In this document: piece by piece, positions 25,453-32,000 of the stretch
Layout: each line of letters starts with the position of its first letter
Position numbering within the stretch: position 1 is the stretch's first letter
Source: Aminithiophilus ramosus
GTDB taxonomy: Bacteria > Synergistota > Synergistia > Synergistales > Aminithiophilaceae
Length of the DNA stretch: 32,000 bases
Assembly (NCBI RefSeq): GCF_018069705.1
Contig: NZ_CP072943.1
Location: forward strand, 1,011,260-1,043,259
Direction of reading: 5' to 3'
Translations under genes and position numbers: made by a program
Notes under the pieces: model-generated
The model's input: only the letters and a program-made list of their open reading frames with translations
Database searches by the model: none
What the model was told of the DNA's origin: nothing

Positions 25453-25499
25453 GTTCCCGTCCTTATCGAGTGGAGTTCGAGAAAGGAGAGAGAAGAAAG

Positions 25500-26951
25500 G
25501 TGAACGTACAACTTGTCATTTTGGTGATTTACGCCATCGTTCTGGCCGCCATTTCGGCGGCGGCCTCGAAGTTGAGGCAGAAAAGCAAGGGAGAGGCCCT
25601 GGAATATCTCCTGGCCGGGAGAAGGCTGCCGGCCGTCGTCGTCGCCGCCATGCTAGCCGGTCTGGCCATAGGAGGCGTCTCCACCGTAGGCGTCGCGCAG
25701 GACGCCTACAACCGGGGCCTTTCGGCCGGCTGGTACAACGCGGCCTGGGGCATCAGCGGCATCGTCGTCGGTCTTTTCGCCGCCTCCTTTTTCCGCCGCA
25801 GCGGCGTCACGACCATCCCCGAAATGATGGGACGTCTCTACGGTCGCAAGGCCCGCTTCGTCGGAGCCCTGGCCCAGATCCTGGTCCTCATGGTCATCAC
25901 CTCCCTGCAGTACGTGGCGGGAGGCGCCATCCTGACGGCCATCCTTCCTGCCGTCTTCACCTTCAAGACGGGCATGATCGCCACGGCCCTCCTCTTCGTC
26001 GGCATCGCCTTCATCGGCGGCTACTGGGCCGGAGGGATCAGCAACATCCTCAACGTCGTCGTCATCTATGTGGGCATCATCGCCGCTCTCATCGCCGCGA
26101 CGGGGCAGTTCGGCGGCTGGGACAACGTCGTCGCCGCCCTTCCTCCCGACAGGCCCTGGTTCGACTGGACGGCCGGAGCGGGAGTGGCCGTCATCGCCGC
26201 CTGGATGGTCGTCATGCTCACTCAGGCCTTCTCTCTCCAGGCCGTCTCCCAGATCGCCTTCGCCGCAAAAGACGCCCCGACGGCCCGTCGCGGCTTCATC
26301 CTCGGCGGCATCATCATCCTTCCCGCCGGCTTCCTCTGCGCCCTCTTCGGCGTTCTCGCCGCCGCACAGTTCCCCCACCTGGAAAACGCCGCCATGGCCC
26401 TGCCCACCTTGGCGACGGCCATCAATCCCCTCATCGGCGGCCTCTTCCTGGCCGGACTCTGGGCTGCCGACATCTCCACCGCCGTGGCCCTCCTCCTGGG
26501 CAGTTCGACTCTCGTCGTCGAGGATATCGTCAAATCCCTGCTGCCTGAAAAAAGCTGGAGAGGGCGGGAGATGTTTCTCTCCCGCACCGTGATCCTCGTC
26601 GTCAGTCTCGGGACCTTCTTCCTGGCCCTGACGGCGGCCGATATTCTCAGGACGGTGACGACGGCTCTGGCCATAACGGCCTCCTTCACCCTCCTCATCC
26701 TCTCTCGCCTTCTCGTCCCCTCTCTATGCCGTCGAGCCAACGGATTCTGGACCATCGCCACCTCCCTTCTCGTCTGGCTCCTCTGGACCTTCGTCCCCTC
26801 CTTCCGCATCACGCCCCACATCGTCTACCTCGAATGGCCCCTCTGCCTGACGGCCTTCGTCCTCTCCTCCCTCCTCGGCCGGGAGGGACTGCCCGCGGAG
26901 GAGCTCTCTCCGTCGGAACTCACCGTCGCCCCCGCCGCCGAAGGGGAGTAA
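25500..26951 (+). CDS. sodium:solute symporter (SSS) family transporter
   Basis: GTG 25500 lies about 8 nt after AAAGGAGAGAG (an alternative GTG at 25470 is the track start). It is a polytopic membrane protein with the SSS N-terminal pattern (EYLLAGRRLP...GGVSTVG). Confidence 0.85.
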   Translation: MNVQLVILVIYAIVLAAISAAASKLRQKSKGEALEYLLAGRRLPAVVVAAMLAGLAIGGVSTVGVAQDAYNRGLSAGWYNAAWGISGIVVGLFAASFFRRSGVTTIPEMMGRLYGRKARFVGALAQILVLMVITSLQYVAGGAILTAILPAVFTFKTGMIATALLFVGIAFIGGYWAGGISNILNVVVIYVGIIAALIAATGQFGGWDNVVAALPPDRPWFDWTAGAGVAVIAAWMVVMLTQAFSLQAVSQIAFAAKDAPTARRGFILGGIIILPAGFLCALFGVLAAAQFPHLENAAMALPTLATAINPLIGGLFLAGLWAADISTAVALLLGSSTLVVEDIVKSLLPEKSWRGREMFLSRTVILVVSLGTFFLALTAADILRTVTTALAITASFTLLILSRLLVPSLCRRANGFWTIATSLLVWLLWTFVPSFRITPHIVYLEWPLCLTAFVLSSLLGREGLPAEELSPSELTVAPAAEGE

Positions 26952-26983
26952 GATAGCTTCCAAACCCCAAAGGAGATGGTCCC

Positions 26984-28057
26984 GTGATCACCTACGACAC
27001 ACTGAAGACCCTTGCGTCCCACATCCTTCAAGGTCTCGGCTATGGCGCCGAGGCGGCCGATCTGACGGCCCGCGTCCTCGTCGAGGCCGACGCCAGGGGC
27101 GTCGCCTCCCACGGAGTGGCCCGCCTCGCCTTCTACGAGAGCAACCTCAAGGGCGGCGTCGTCGACCTCGAGGCGACGCCGGAGATCGTCCACGAGACCC
27201 CCCTCTCCCTCGTCGTCGACGGCCACGGAGCCGTCGGCCCCATCGTCTCCCGCTTCGCCATGGACCGATGCCTCGAAAAGGCCCGGGCAGTGGGAGCGGG
27301 CTTCGCCTCGGTGCGCAACTCCAACCACTACGGCATGGCCGGGCTCTGGGCCGAAGAGGCCGCCGCCGAGGGGATGATCGGCCTCTCCTTCACCAACACC
27401 CGAAGCTGCGCCATCGTCACCTTCGGCAAGAGAAGCCTCATGGGGACCAACCCCATCGCCGTGGCCATCCCCACGGGCGAGGAGCCTTTCCTCCTCGACA
27501 TGGCGACGACGACGGTGGCTCACGGCAAGATCGAAGTCTGCGACCGCCGGGACAAGGCCATGCCCCTGGGCTGGGCCGTCGACGAAGAGGGACGGGGAAC
27601 GACAGACGCCCATCTCGTCGTCGATCACTTCCACAAGGGCGTCCCCTACGGAGGCCAGCTCTATCTCGGAGGCGAGGGGGAGCTCCTCGGTGGCCACAAG
27701 GGCTACGGCTTGGCCCTGCTCGTCGAACTCCTCTGCGCCGGCCTCTCCCTGGGGAGCTGGAGCCCGCGCATCTACGGCGAAAGGGGAACGAAAAACGGCA
27801 TCGCCCACTTCTTCGCCGCCCTTCGCCTCGACCTCTTCGGCGAGAGGGAGGCCATAGAGAGACATGTGGCCGCCATCCTCGACGAGATCCGCCGGAGCGA
27901 AAAGGCCGAGGGGGAATCGCGCATCTACATCCACGGCGAGAAGGAGAGAGAAAACCGCCGACGGGCCCTCGAAGAGGGCATCGACCTCGACGAGGCCACG
28001 AGAGACCTCCTGGCCCGCTACTGTCAGCGTTTTGCTCTCGCCTGCCCCTCCTTCTGA
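26984..28057 (+). CDS. Ldh_2 family (malate/L-lactate/sulfolactate, ureidoglycolate or cyclic ketimine) NAD(P)H-dependent oxidoreductase
   Basis: 357 aa with a GTG start after AAAGGAG. Family motifs SHGV.R, NSNHYGMAG and GGHKGYGLA. Confidence 0.85.
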   Translation: MITYDTLKTLASHILQGLGYGAEAADLTARVLVEADARGVASHGVARLAFYESNLKGGVVDLEATPEIVHETPLSLVVDGHGAVGPIVSRFAMDRCLEKARAVGAGFASVRNSNHYGMAGLWAEEAAAEGMIGLSFTNTRSCAIVTFGKRSLMGTNPIAVAIPTGEEPFLLDMATTTVAHGKIEVCDRRDKAMPLGWAVDEEGRGTTDAHLVVDHFHKGVPYGGQLYLGGEGELLGGHKGYGLALLVELLCAGLSLGSWSPRIYGERGTKNGIAHFFAALRLDLFGEREAIERHVAAILDEIRRSEKAEGESRIYIHGEKERENRRRALEEGIDLDEATRDLLARYCQRFALACPSF

Positions 28058-28067
28058 AGGACGAAAA

Positions 28068-28097
28068 AGAGGCCCCTGTCGAAAGACAGGGACCTCT
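28068..28097. terminator. hairpin terminator between the Ldh_2 gene and the convergent tRNA
   Basis: AGAGGCCCCTGTC, loop GAAA, GACAGGGACCTCT (12/13 pairs), preceded by A5. Confidence 0.6.
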
Positions 28098-28107
28098 TCG
28101 TGAAGAC

Positions 28108-28185
<78 letters not shown>

Positions 28186-28207
28186 GCGTTGAGGGCTACA
28201 GTTAGGC

Positions 28208-28216
28208 ATTATAGCA
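28208..28216 (-). promoter_or_regulatory. candidate extended -10 promoter (TGcTATAAT) of tRNA-fMet
   Basis: The minus strand reads TCTGTGCTATAAT, ending 22 nt upstream of the mature tRNA 5' end. Confidence 0.5.
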
Positions 28217-28315
28217 CAGATCGGCAGAAAGACCAGAGGCAATATGAAGAAAATTCCCCTTTCCTGCCTGACGGGTTTCGACTCACAGGAAAGGCAGAAG
28301 ACCAGGAGGCCTCAC

Positions 28316-29020
28316 ATGAAGGATCTTTTCGCCCATCTGCCCGCAGCGGGCACGCTCGTGAACGCCCTGGCCGTCGTCATCGGCAGCACGGCAGGGCTTC
28401 TCATCCGATCCAGACTGCCGGAGAATCTCATGAAGGCCATCTTCCAGTCCATCGGCCTCTTCACCCTCTTCCTGGGCGTCCACATGGCCTCTCAGACGGG
28501 AAACTTCCTCGTCCTCATCTTCAGCCTCGTCCTGGGCTCCATCCTGGGAGAACGGATCGACCTCGACGGTCTCCTCCAGAAGTTCGGCGAGGTTCTCAAA
28601 AAACGCTTCAGCAAGGGCAACGACCGTTTCGTCGAGGGCTTCATCACGGCCTCCCTCCTCTTCTGCACGGGATCGATGGCCATTCTGGGGGCCATCGAAG
28701 AGGGGCTGGGCGGCTTTCCCAACCTGCTTTTCGCCAAATCCCTCCTCGACGGCGTCTCCTCTTTGGCTCTGTCGGCCTCCCTGGGACTGGGCGTCCTCTT
28801 CGCCGCCATCCCTCTCGTCCTTTACCAGGGTAGTCTCACCTTCTTCGCCGGAGCGGCCCAGACCTATCTCTCCCAGGCCGTCATCAACGAAATGAGCGCC
28901 GTCGGCGGCCTCATTCTCCTCGGACTGGGACTGGTCATCTTGGACATCAAGGCCATCAAGGTGACGAACATGCTGCCAGGTCTGATTCTGGCCGCCCTCA
29001 TGGCCGCTTTCTTCCTCTAG
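28316..29020 (+). CDS. DUF554 (YqgA-like) membrane protein
   Basis: ATG 28316 lies 6 nt after AGGAGG. GTLVNALAVVIGS...LLFCTGSMAILGAIEEGL...SAVGGLILLGLGL...VTNMLPGLILA parallels E. coli YqgA along its whole length. Confidence 0.85.
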   Translation: MKDLFAHLPAAGTLVNALAVVIGSTAGLLIRSRLPENLMKAIFQSIGLFTLFLGVHMASQTGNFLVLIFSLVLGSILGERIDLDGLLQKFGEVLKKRFSKGNDRFVEGFITASLLFCTGSMAILGAIEEGLGGFPNLLFAKSLLDGVSSLALSASLGLGVLFAAIPLVLYQGSLTFFAGAAQTYLSQAVINEMSAVGGLILLGLGLVILDIKAIKVTNMLPGLILAALMAAFFL

Positions 29021-29108
29021 GCGGGCCGGGGCTGGATTGCGGCTGCCTCTTTCGCTATAATGGGGACGTAAGCTTTTCTATGAGAAAACCTTACGGGAGG
29101 TGGCCTAG

Positions 29109-29282
29109 GTGCGCAAGTTCCGTTGTCTCAGTTGCAGGCATGAATTCGAAGCGGCTCCCAATGTCGTTCCCGCCCACTGCCCCAAGTGCTACAACCGCTA
29201 CGTCGAACTCGTCGAGGGACCGGCCGTCAAGGGCAAGTCCTGGGGCAGCAAGAGCTACAGCGTGGCCCCGAGGAAGAGTTAG
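29109..29282 (+). CDS. small zinc-ribbon protein (57 aa)
   Basis: GTG 29109 follows GGGAGGTGG. Translation VRKFRCLSCRHEFEAAPNVVPAHCPKCYNRYVELVEG... has two CxxC pairs. It is below the track size cut-off and is followed by a terminator. TATAAT lies at 29056-29061. Confidence 0.6.
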   Translation: MRKFRCLSCRHEFEAAPNVVPAHCPKCYNRYVELVEGPAVKGKSWGSKSYSVAPRKS

Positions 29283-29310
29283 GTTCCAGGAGTGCGCCGC
29301 TGAAAGGACA

Positions 29311-29345
29311 GGGGAGAGACGGCCATGCCGTCCCTCCCCTTTTTT
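29311..29345 (+). terminator. intrinsic terminator
   Basis: GGGGAGAGACGG, a 5-nt loop, CCGTCCCTCCCC (11/12 pairs), then T6. Confidence 0.75.
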
Positions 29346-29367
29346 CGGATTTTTCGGTGGAGGCAAG

Positions 29368-29493
29368 ATGATGTACGAATTAATTCAACTGGGTCAACGA
29401 AGCTATTACATCAACAGCCCTGTCAAAGTCGGGGTTTACAGGAACAATGAAACCGAAGTCTGTCTCATCGATAGTGGGAACGACAAAGATATA
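29368..29493 (+). pseudogene. MBL-fold metallo-hydrolase, N-terminal fragment (interrupted by IS3-family element)
   Basis: ATG 29368 lies 5 nt after GGAGG. MMYELIQLGQRSYYINSPVKVGVYRNNETEVCLIDSGNDKDI then runs into the IS left end. Only the last part of track ORF 29080-29523 is genuine. Confidence 0.75.
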
Positions 29494-29576
29494 GTGGACC
29501 CCGAAAACTGGACCACGAGCTAAGTTGCAGTTGAAGTCGGGCTGTATCATAGGGTCCCAGAAAGAGAGGGGACATC

Positions 29577-29861
29577 ATGGCAGCCAAGCGACAGAGGCGT
29601 TCAGCGGAGTTCAAAAGCAAAGTAGCCTTCGCTGCCCTGAAAGGGGATAAGACCCTGGCTCAATTGTCGGGTGAGTTCGAGGTTTCCGCCGTCCAGATCG
29701 GTCAGTGGAAGAAGCAGCTTCTGCAAGGGGGTCCGGAGATCTTTCAACGCAAAGGCACTCCGATGGATGTCGAGACGTCGATGGCCCCCCTCTACCAGGA
29801 GATCGGTCGGCTCAAGATGGAGCTCGACTGGCTCAAAAAAAAATCAGGCGCTGACGCTTGA
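29577..29861 (+). CDS. IS3-family transposase OrfA (HTH)
   Basis: 94 aa: MAAKRQRRSAEFKSKVAFAALKGDKTLAQLSGEFEVSAVQIGQWKKQL... with a leucine-zipper-like C-terminus. The A9 run lies at 29835-29843. Confidence 0.9.
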   Translation: MAAKRQRRSAEFKSKVAFAALKGDKTLAQLSGEFEVSAVQIGQWKKQLLQGGPEIFQRKGTPMDVETSMAPLYQEIGRLKMELDWLKKKSGADA

Positions 29862-30708
29862 GGGAAAGCGGACCTCCATCGATCCCGAGCACCCTTCGAT
29901 CAGTGTTCGTCGGCAATGTGACCTCCTTGATCTTAACCGGTCCAGCTTCTACTACGCGAGCTCTTCCGCGACGGAGACGGCGGAGAACCTTGAAATCATG
30001 GAGCTCATCGACGGCCGGTACACCTGCGCCCCCTCTTACGGGAGCCGCCGGATGACGGCCTGGCTGCGTCGACAGGGACAGGACGTGAACCGCAAACGGA
30101 TCGGACGGCTGATGAGGCTTATGGGGCTCGAAGGGATTGGCCCCAAACCGGGAACCAGCAAGCCTCACCCCGAACATGAGATTTATCCCTACCTGCTCCG
30201 GAACGCCGTCATCGTCAGACCGAATCAGGTCTGGAGCACCGATGTCACCTACCTCCCGATGAGTGGCGGTTTCATGTACCTCGCGGCCGTCATCGATTGG
30301 CACAGCCGCTTCGTTCTCTCCTGGGAACTTTCCAACACCCTGGACGCAGAGTTCTGCGTCGTCGCCCTCGACAGGGCCCTTCGGCAGGGAACGCCGGAGA
30401 TCTTCAACACCGACCAGGGCTGTCAGTTCACCAGTAAGGCCTTTCTGTCTCTGCTCAAGGAAAAGGAGATCCGGATCAGCATGGACGGTCGTGGCAGGGC
30501 CCTCGACAACATCTTCGTGGAACGCTTCTGGCGGACCCTCAAGTATGAGTGGCTCTACTTGAACGACTACGAGCGGGTCCGCGATCTCCGCTGCGGCCTG
30601 CGGGAGTATATGGACTTCTACAACGACGAAAGGCTTCACTCCTCACTGAACTACAGGACACCGCGGGAGGTTCACTTTGCCGACCGGGAGGGACCGATGG
30701 CGGTCTGA
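29833..30708 (+). CDS. IS3-family transposase OrfB (DDE/rve core), expected to be made as an OrfAB fusion
   Basis: DDE core VWSTDVTYLPM, IFNTDQGCQFTS and LDNIFVERFWRTLKYE. There is no convincing independent start. The frame is +1 relative to orfA across the A9 run. Confidence 0.85.
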   Translation, partial: SKKNQALTLEGKRTSIDPEHPSISVRRQCDLLDLNRSSFYYASSSATETAENLEIMELIDGRYTCAPSYGSRRMTAWLRRQGQDVNRKRIGRLMRLMGLEGIGPKPGTSKPHPEHEIYPYLLRNAVIVRPNQVWSTDVTYLPMSGGFMYLAAVIDWHSRFVLSWELSNTLDAEFCVVALDRALRQGTPEIFNTDQGCQFTSKAFLSLLKEKEIRISMDGRGRALDNIFVERFWRTLKYEWLYLNDYERVRDLRCGLREYMDFYNDERLHSSLNYRTPREVHFADREGPMAV

Positions 30709-30759
30709 CTTTAACTAACTTCGGGCCTCAAATGGTCTTGACAATGGGGTCCACCATAA

Positions 30760-31530
30760 GAGGCCGGCAAAAAAATACTCAAAATACTGGAAAGCAACGA
30801 CTGGAAGTTGGGATGCATCATCAACACCCACTCCAACGCCGATCACATCGGAGGCAACAACTACCTCCAGCAGCACACAGGCTGCACGATATTCTCCAGC
30901 GGGATAGAAGTCGCCTTCTCCAAGTTTCCGATCTTAGAACCGTCCTTTTTATATGGGGGGTACCCGTGTAAGGATCTACGGCACAAGTTTCTTCTAGCTG
31001 CTGAAAGCAACGTCATTGATCTGACTAGCGAAAATTTTCCCAAGGACTTGCACGTCATTCCTCTTCCCGGCCATTTCTTTCATATGGTAGGAATTCGTAC
31101 ACCAGACGACGTCGTATTCCTTGCAGACAGCGTTAACAGCGAAATGATACTCGAAAAATATCAAATTTCCTTTATTTACGATGTCAGTAAATATCTAGAA
31201 ACGCTTTCCATGATAAAAACCATTCAAGCTGAAATTTTTGTTCCAGCTCACGCGGAAGTCACCCGTGACATCAGGCCTCTAGCGGAACTAAACTACAAAA
31301 AAATAATGGAAATATCGGAAAAAATCCTGGAGATATGTCGGCAACCTCTCTGTTTCGAGGACATCCTGCAAAAAATTTTCGCTGCCTATCAGTTGACAAT
31401 GACCTTCGAGCAGTATGTCCTTGTAGGAAGCACGGTCCGCTCCTATCTCTCCTGGCTGAAGGACGAGGGCAAATTAAATGTCCAATTCAAGGAGAACAGG
31501 CTCCTCTGGCAGGCAAAGTCGGGTTCCTGA
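30760..31530 (+). pseudogene. MBL-fold metallo-hydrolase, C-terminal fragment
   Basis: The frame is open from 30760: EAGKKILKILESNDWKLGCIINTHSNADHIGGN... (HxNxDH variant of the MBL motif). The sequence is markedly AT-richer than its neighbours. Confidence 0.75.
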
Positions 31531-31556
31531 AGGGGACCTCGCCGAAAACGGAGACC

Positions 31557-32000
31557 TCAGCACCCCTTCCACGAGGGGGGGCGTCGGGCCAAGAAGGCTT
31601 CGACGCCCTCTCGGGCGTCTTCCGTGACGGCCAAAGCGGTGAACTGCTCTCCGGCCACGTCGATGGCCCGTTCCAGCATGAGGGCCTCGATGCGGTGCAT
31701 ACCTCTCTTGCCCGCAGCCAGGGAGAGAGGGCTTTTCGCGGCCAATCTCCGCGCCAGTTCGAGGGTGGCCGCGGCGAGCTCCTCGCGAGGAACGGCGCGA
31801 CAGACGATTCCCATCCTCTCCGCCTCGGCGACGGGAAGGAAGTCGCCGGAGAGGACATAATGAAGGGCCCGCTTGGGGCCGATCCACCGGGCCAGCTGAT
31901 AGCCTGGCTCAAGACAGATGAGCCCTACGTTGACGGCCGTCGTTCCCAGCACGGCGTCATCGGAGGCGACGATAAAATCACAGGCCAGAGCCAGCCCGGC
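31557..32000 (-). CDS. enoyl-CoA hydratase/isomerase (crotonase) family protein, C-terminal part (5' end beyond the window)
   Basis: The minus-strand ORF is open to the window end. ...ACDFIVASDDAVLGTTAVNVGLI...G..RA..Y.LSG....A.EAERMG...EDAREGVEAFLARR fits the crotonase-fold C-terminal half. Confidence 0.8.
   Translation of the reverse strand, partial: AGLALACDFIVASDDAVLGTTAVNVGLICLEPGYQLARWIGPKRALHYVLSGDFLPVAEAERMGIVCRAVPREELAAATLELARRLAAKSPLSLAAGKRGMHRIEALMLERAIDVAGEQFTALAVTEDAREGVEAFLARRPPSWKGC

Larger units (their letters stand above)
29492..30756 (+). mobile_element. IS3-family insertion sequence (~1.26 kb; boundaries +/-3 nt)
   Basis: Terminal IRs TAGTGGACCCCGAAAACTGGACCAC and the reverse complement of the right end, TGGTGGACCCCATTGTCAAGACCAT (17/25). 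It has overlapping orfA and orfB. ATA is present at both candidate junctions (29491-93 and 30756-58). Confidence 0.88.

Noticed and set aside
25268-26548. 426-aa ORF overlapping the symporter gene in another frame, and the 61-aa ORF at 25077-25262
   Set aside because: The first is R/P/G/H-rich with no membrane or domain features, while the 25500 frame encodes a canonical SSS permease. The second has a TTG start with no RBS and lies inside the repeat-bounded insert.
29080-29523. 147-aa ORF taken as one gene
   Set aside because: Its first ~95 codons read an alternative frame across the zinc-ribbon gene and through an intrinsic terminator. Only the part from ATG 29368 (the MBL N-terminus) is credible, and its last 10 codons are IS3 left-end sequence.

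Overview
High-GC (roughly 60-65% by eye, not computed) bacterial chromosomal window. The gene content fits an anaerobic amino-acid or organic-acid fermenter, but the taxon cannot be assigned from sequence alone.

Layout:
- 1-5125: minus-strand heat-shock operon hrcA-grpE-dnaK-dnaJ followed by prmA, with one CIRCE operator and a promoter.
- 5211-8228: histidine phosphatase, a NADH-oxidase/CoA-disulfide-reductase-like flavoprotein and a secreted hypothetical protein.
- 8286-11875: minus-strand operon of 2-oxoacid:ferredoxin oxidoreductase alpha and beta, an AhpE-like peroxiredoxin and a small secreted protein with a superoxide-reductase-like sequence pattern.
- 12084-13210: ZIP metal transporter and an HMA (CopZ-like) metallochaperone.
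- 13361-20254: seven-gene minus-strand operon of LeuC-like and LeuD-like hydro-lyase subunits, a tartrate/D-malate-dehydrogenase-like enzyme, TRAP DctPQM and an isocitrate-lyase-family lyase. It reads as an organic-acid catabolic module, not leucine biosynthesis.
- 20588-23664: two diverged head-to-tail copies of a ~1.5-kb IS arranged DR-IS-DR-IS-DR with a 16-bp repeat, sitting on the last codons of an M20D amidohydrolase gene.
- 23633-28057: M20D amidohydrolase divergent from a sodium:solute symporter and an Ldh_2-family dehydrogenase. The ~650-bp control region between them carries repeated motifs and a leader with a strong terminator.
- 28109-28185: initiator tRNA-fMet.
- 28316-31530: DUF554 membrane protein, a 57-aa zinc-ribbon protein, and a visibly AT-richer MBL-fold gene split by an IS3-family element whose orfA/orfB overlap is an A9 run in a +1 arrangement.
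- 31557-32000: partial crotonase-family gene.

No rRNA, CRISPR array or recognisable defence system was seen. The most noteworthy items are the tandem IS with long target repeats, the unassigned hydro-lyase/dehydrogenase/TRAP/lyase operon, the exported SOR-like protein, and two terminator-containing leaders.
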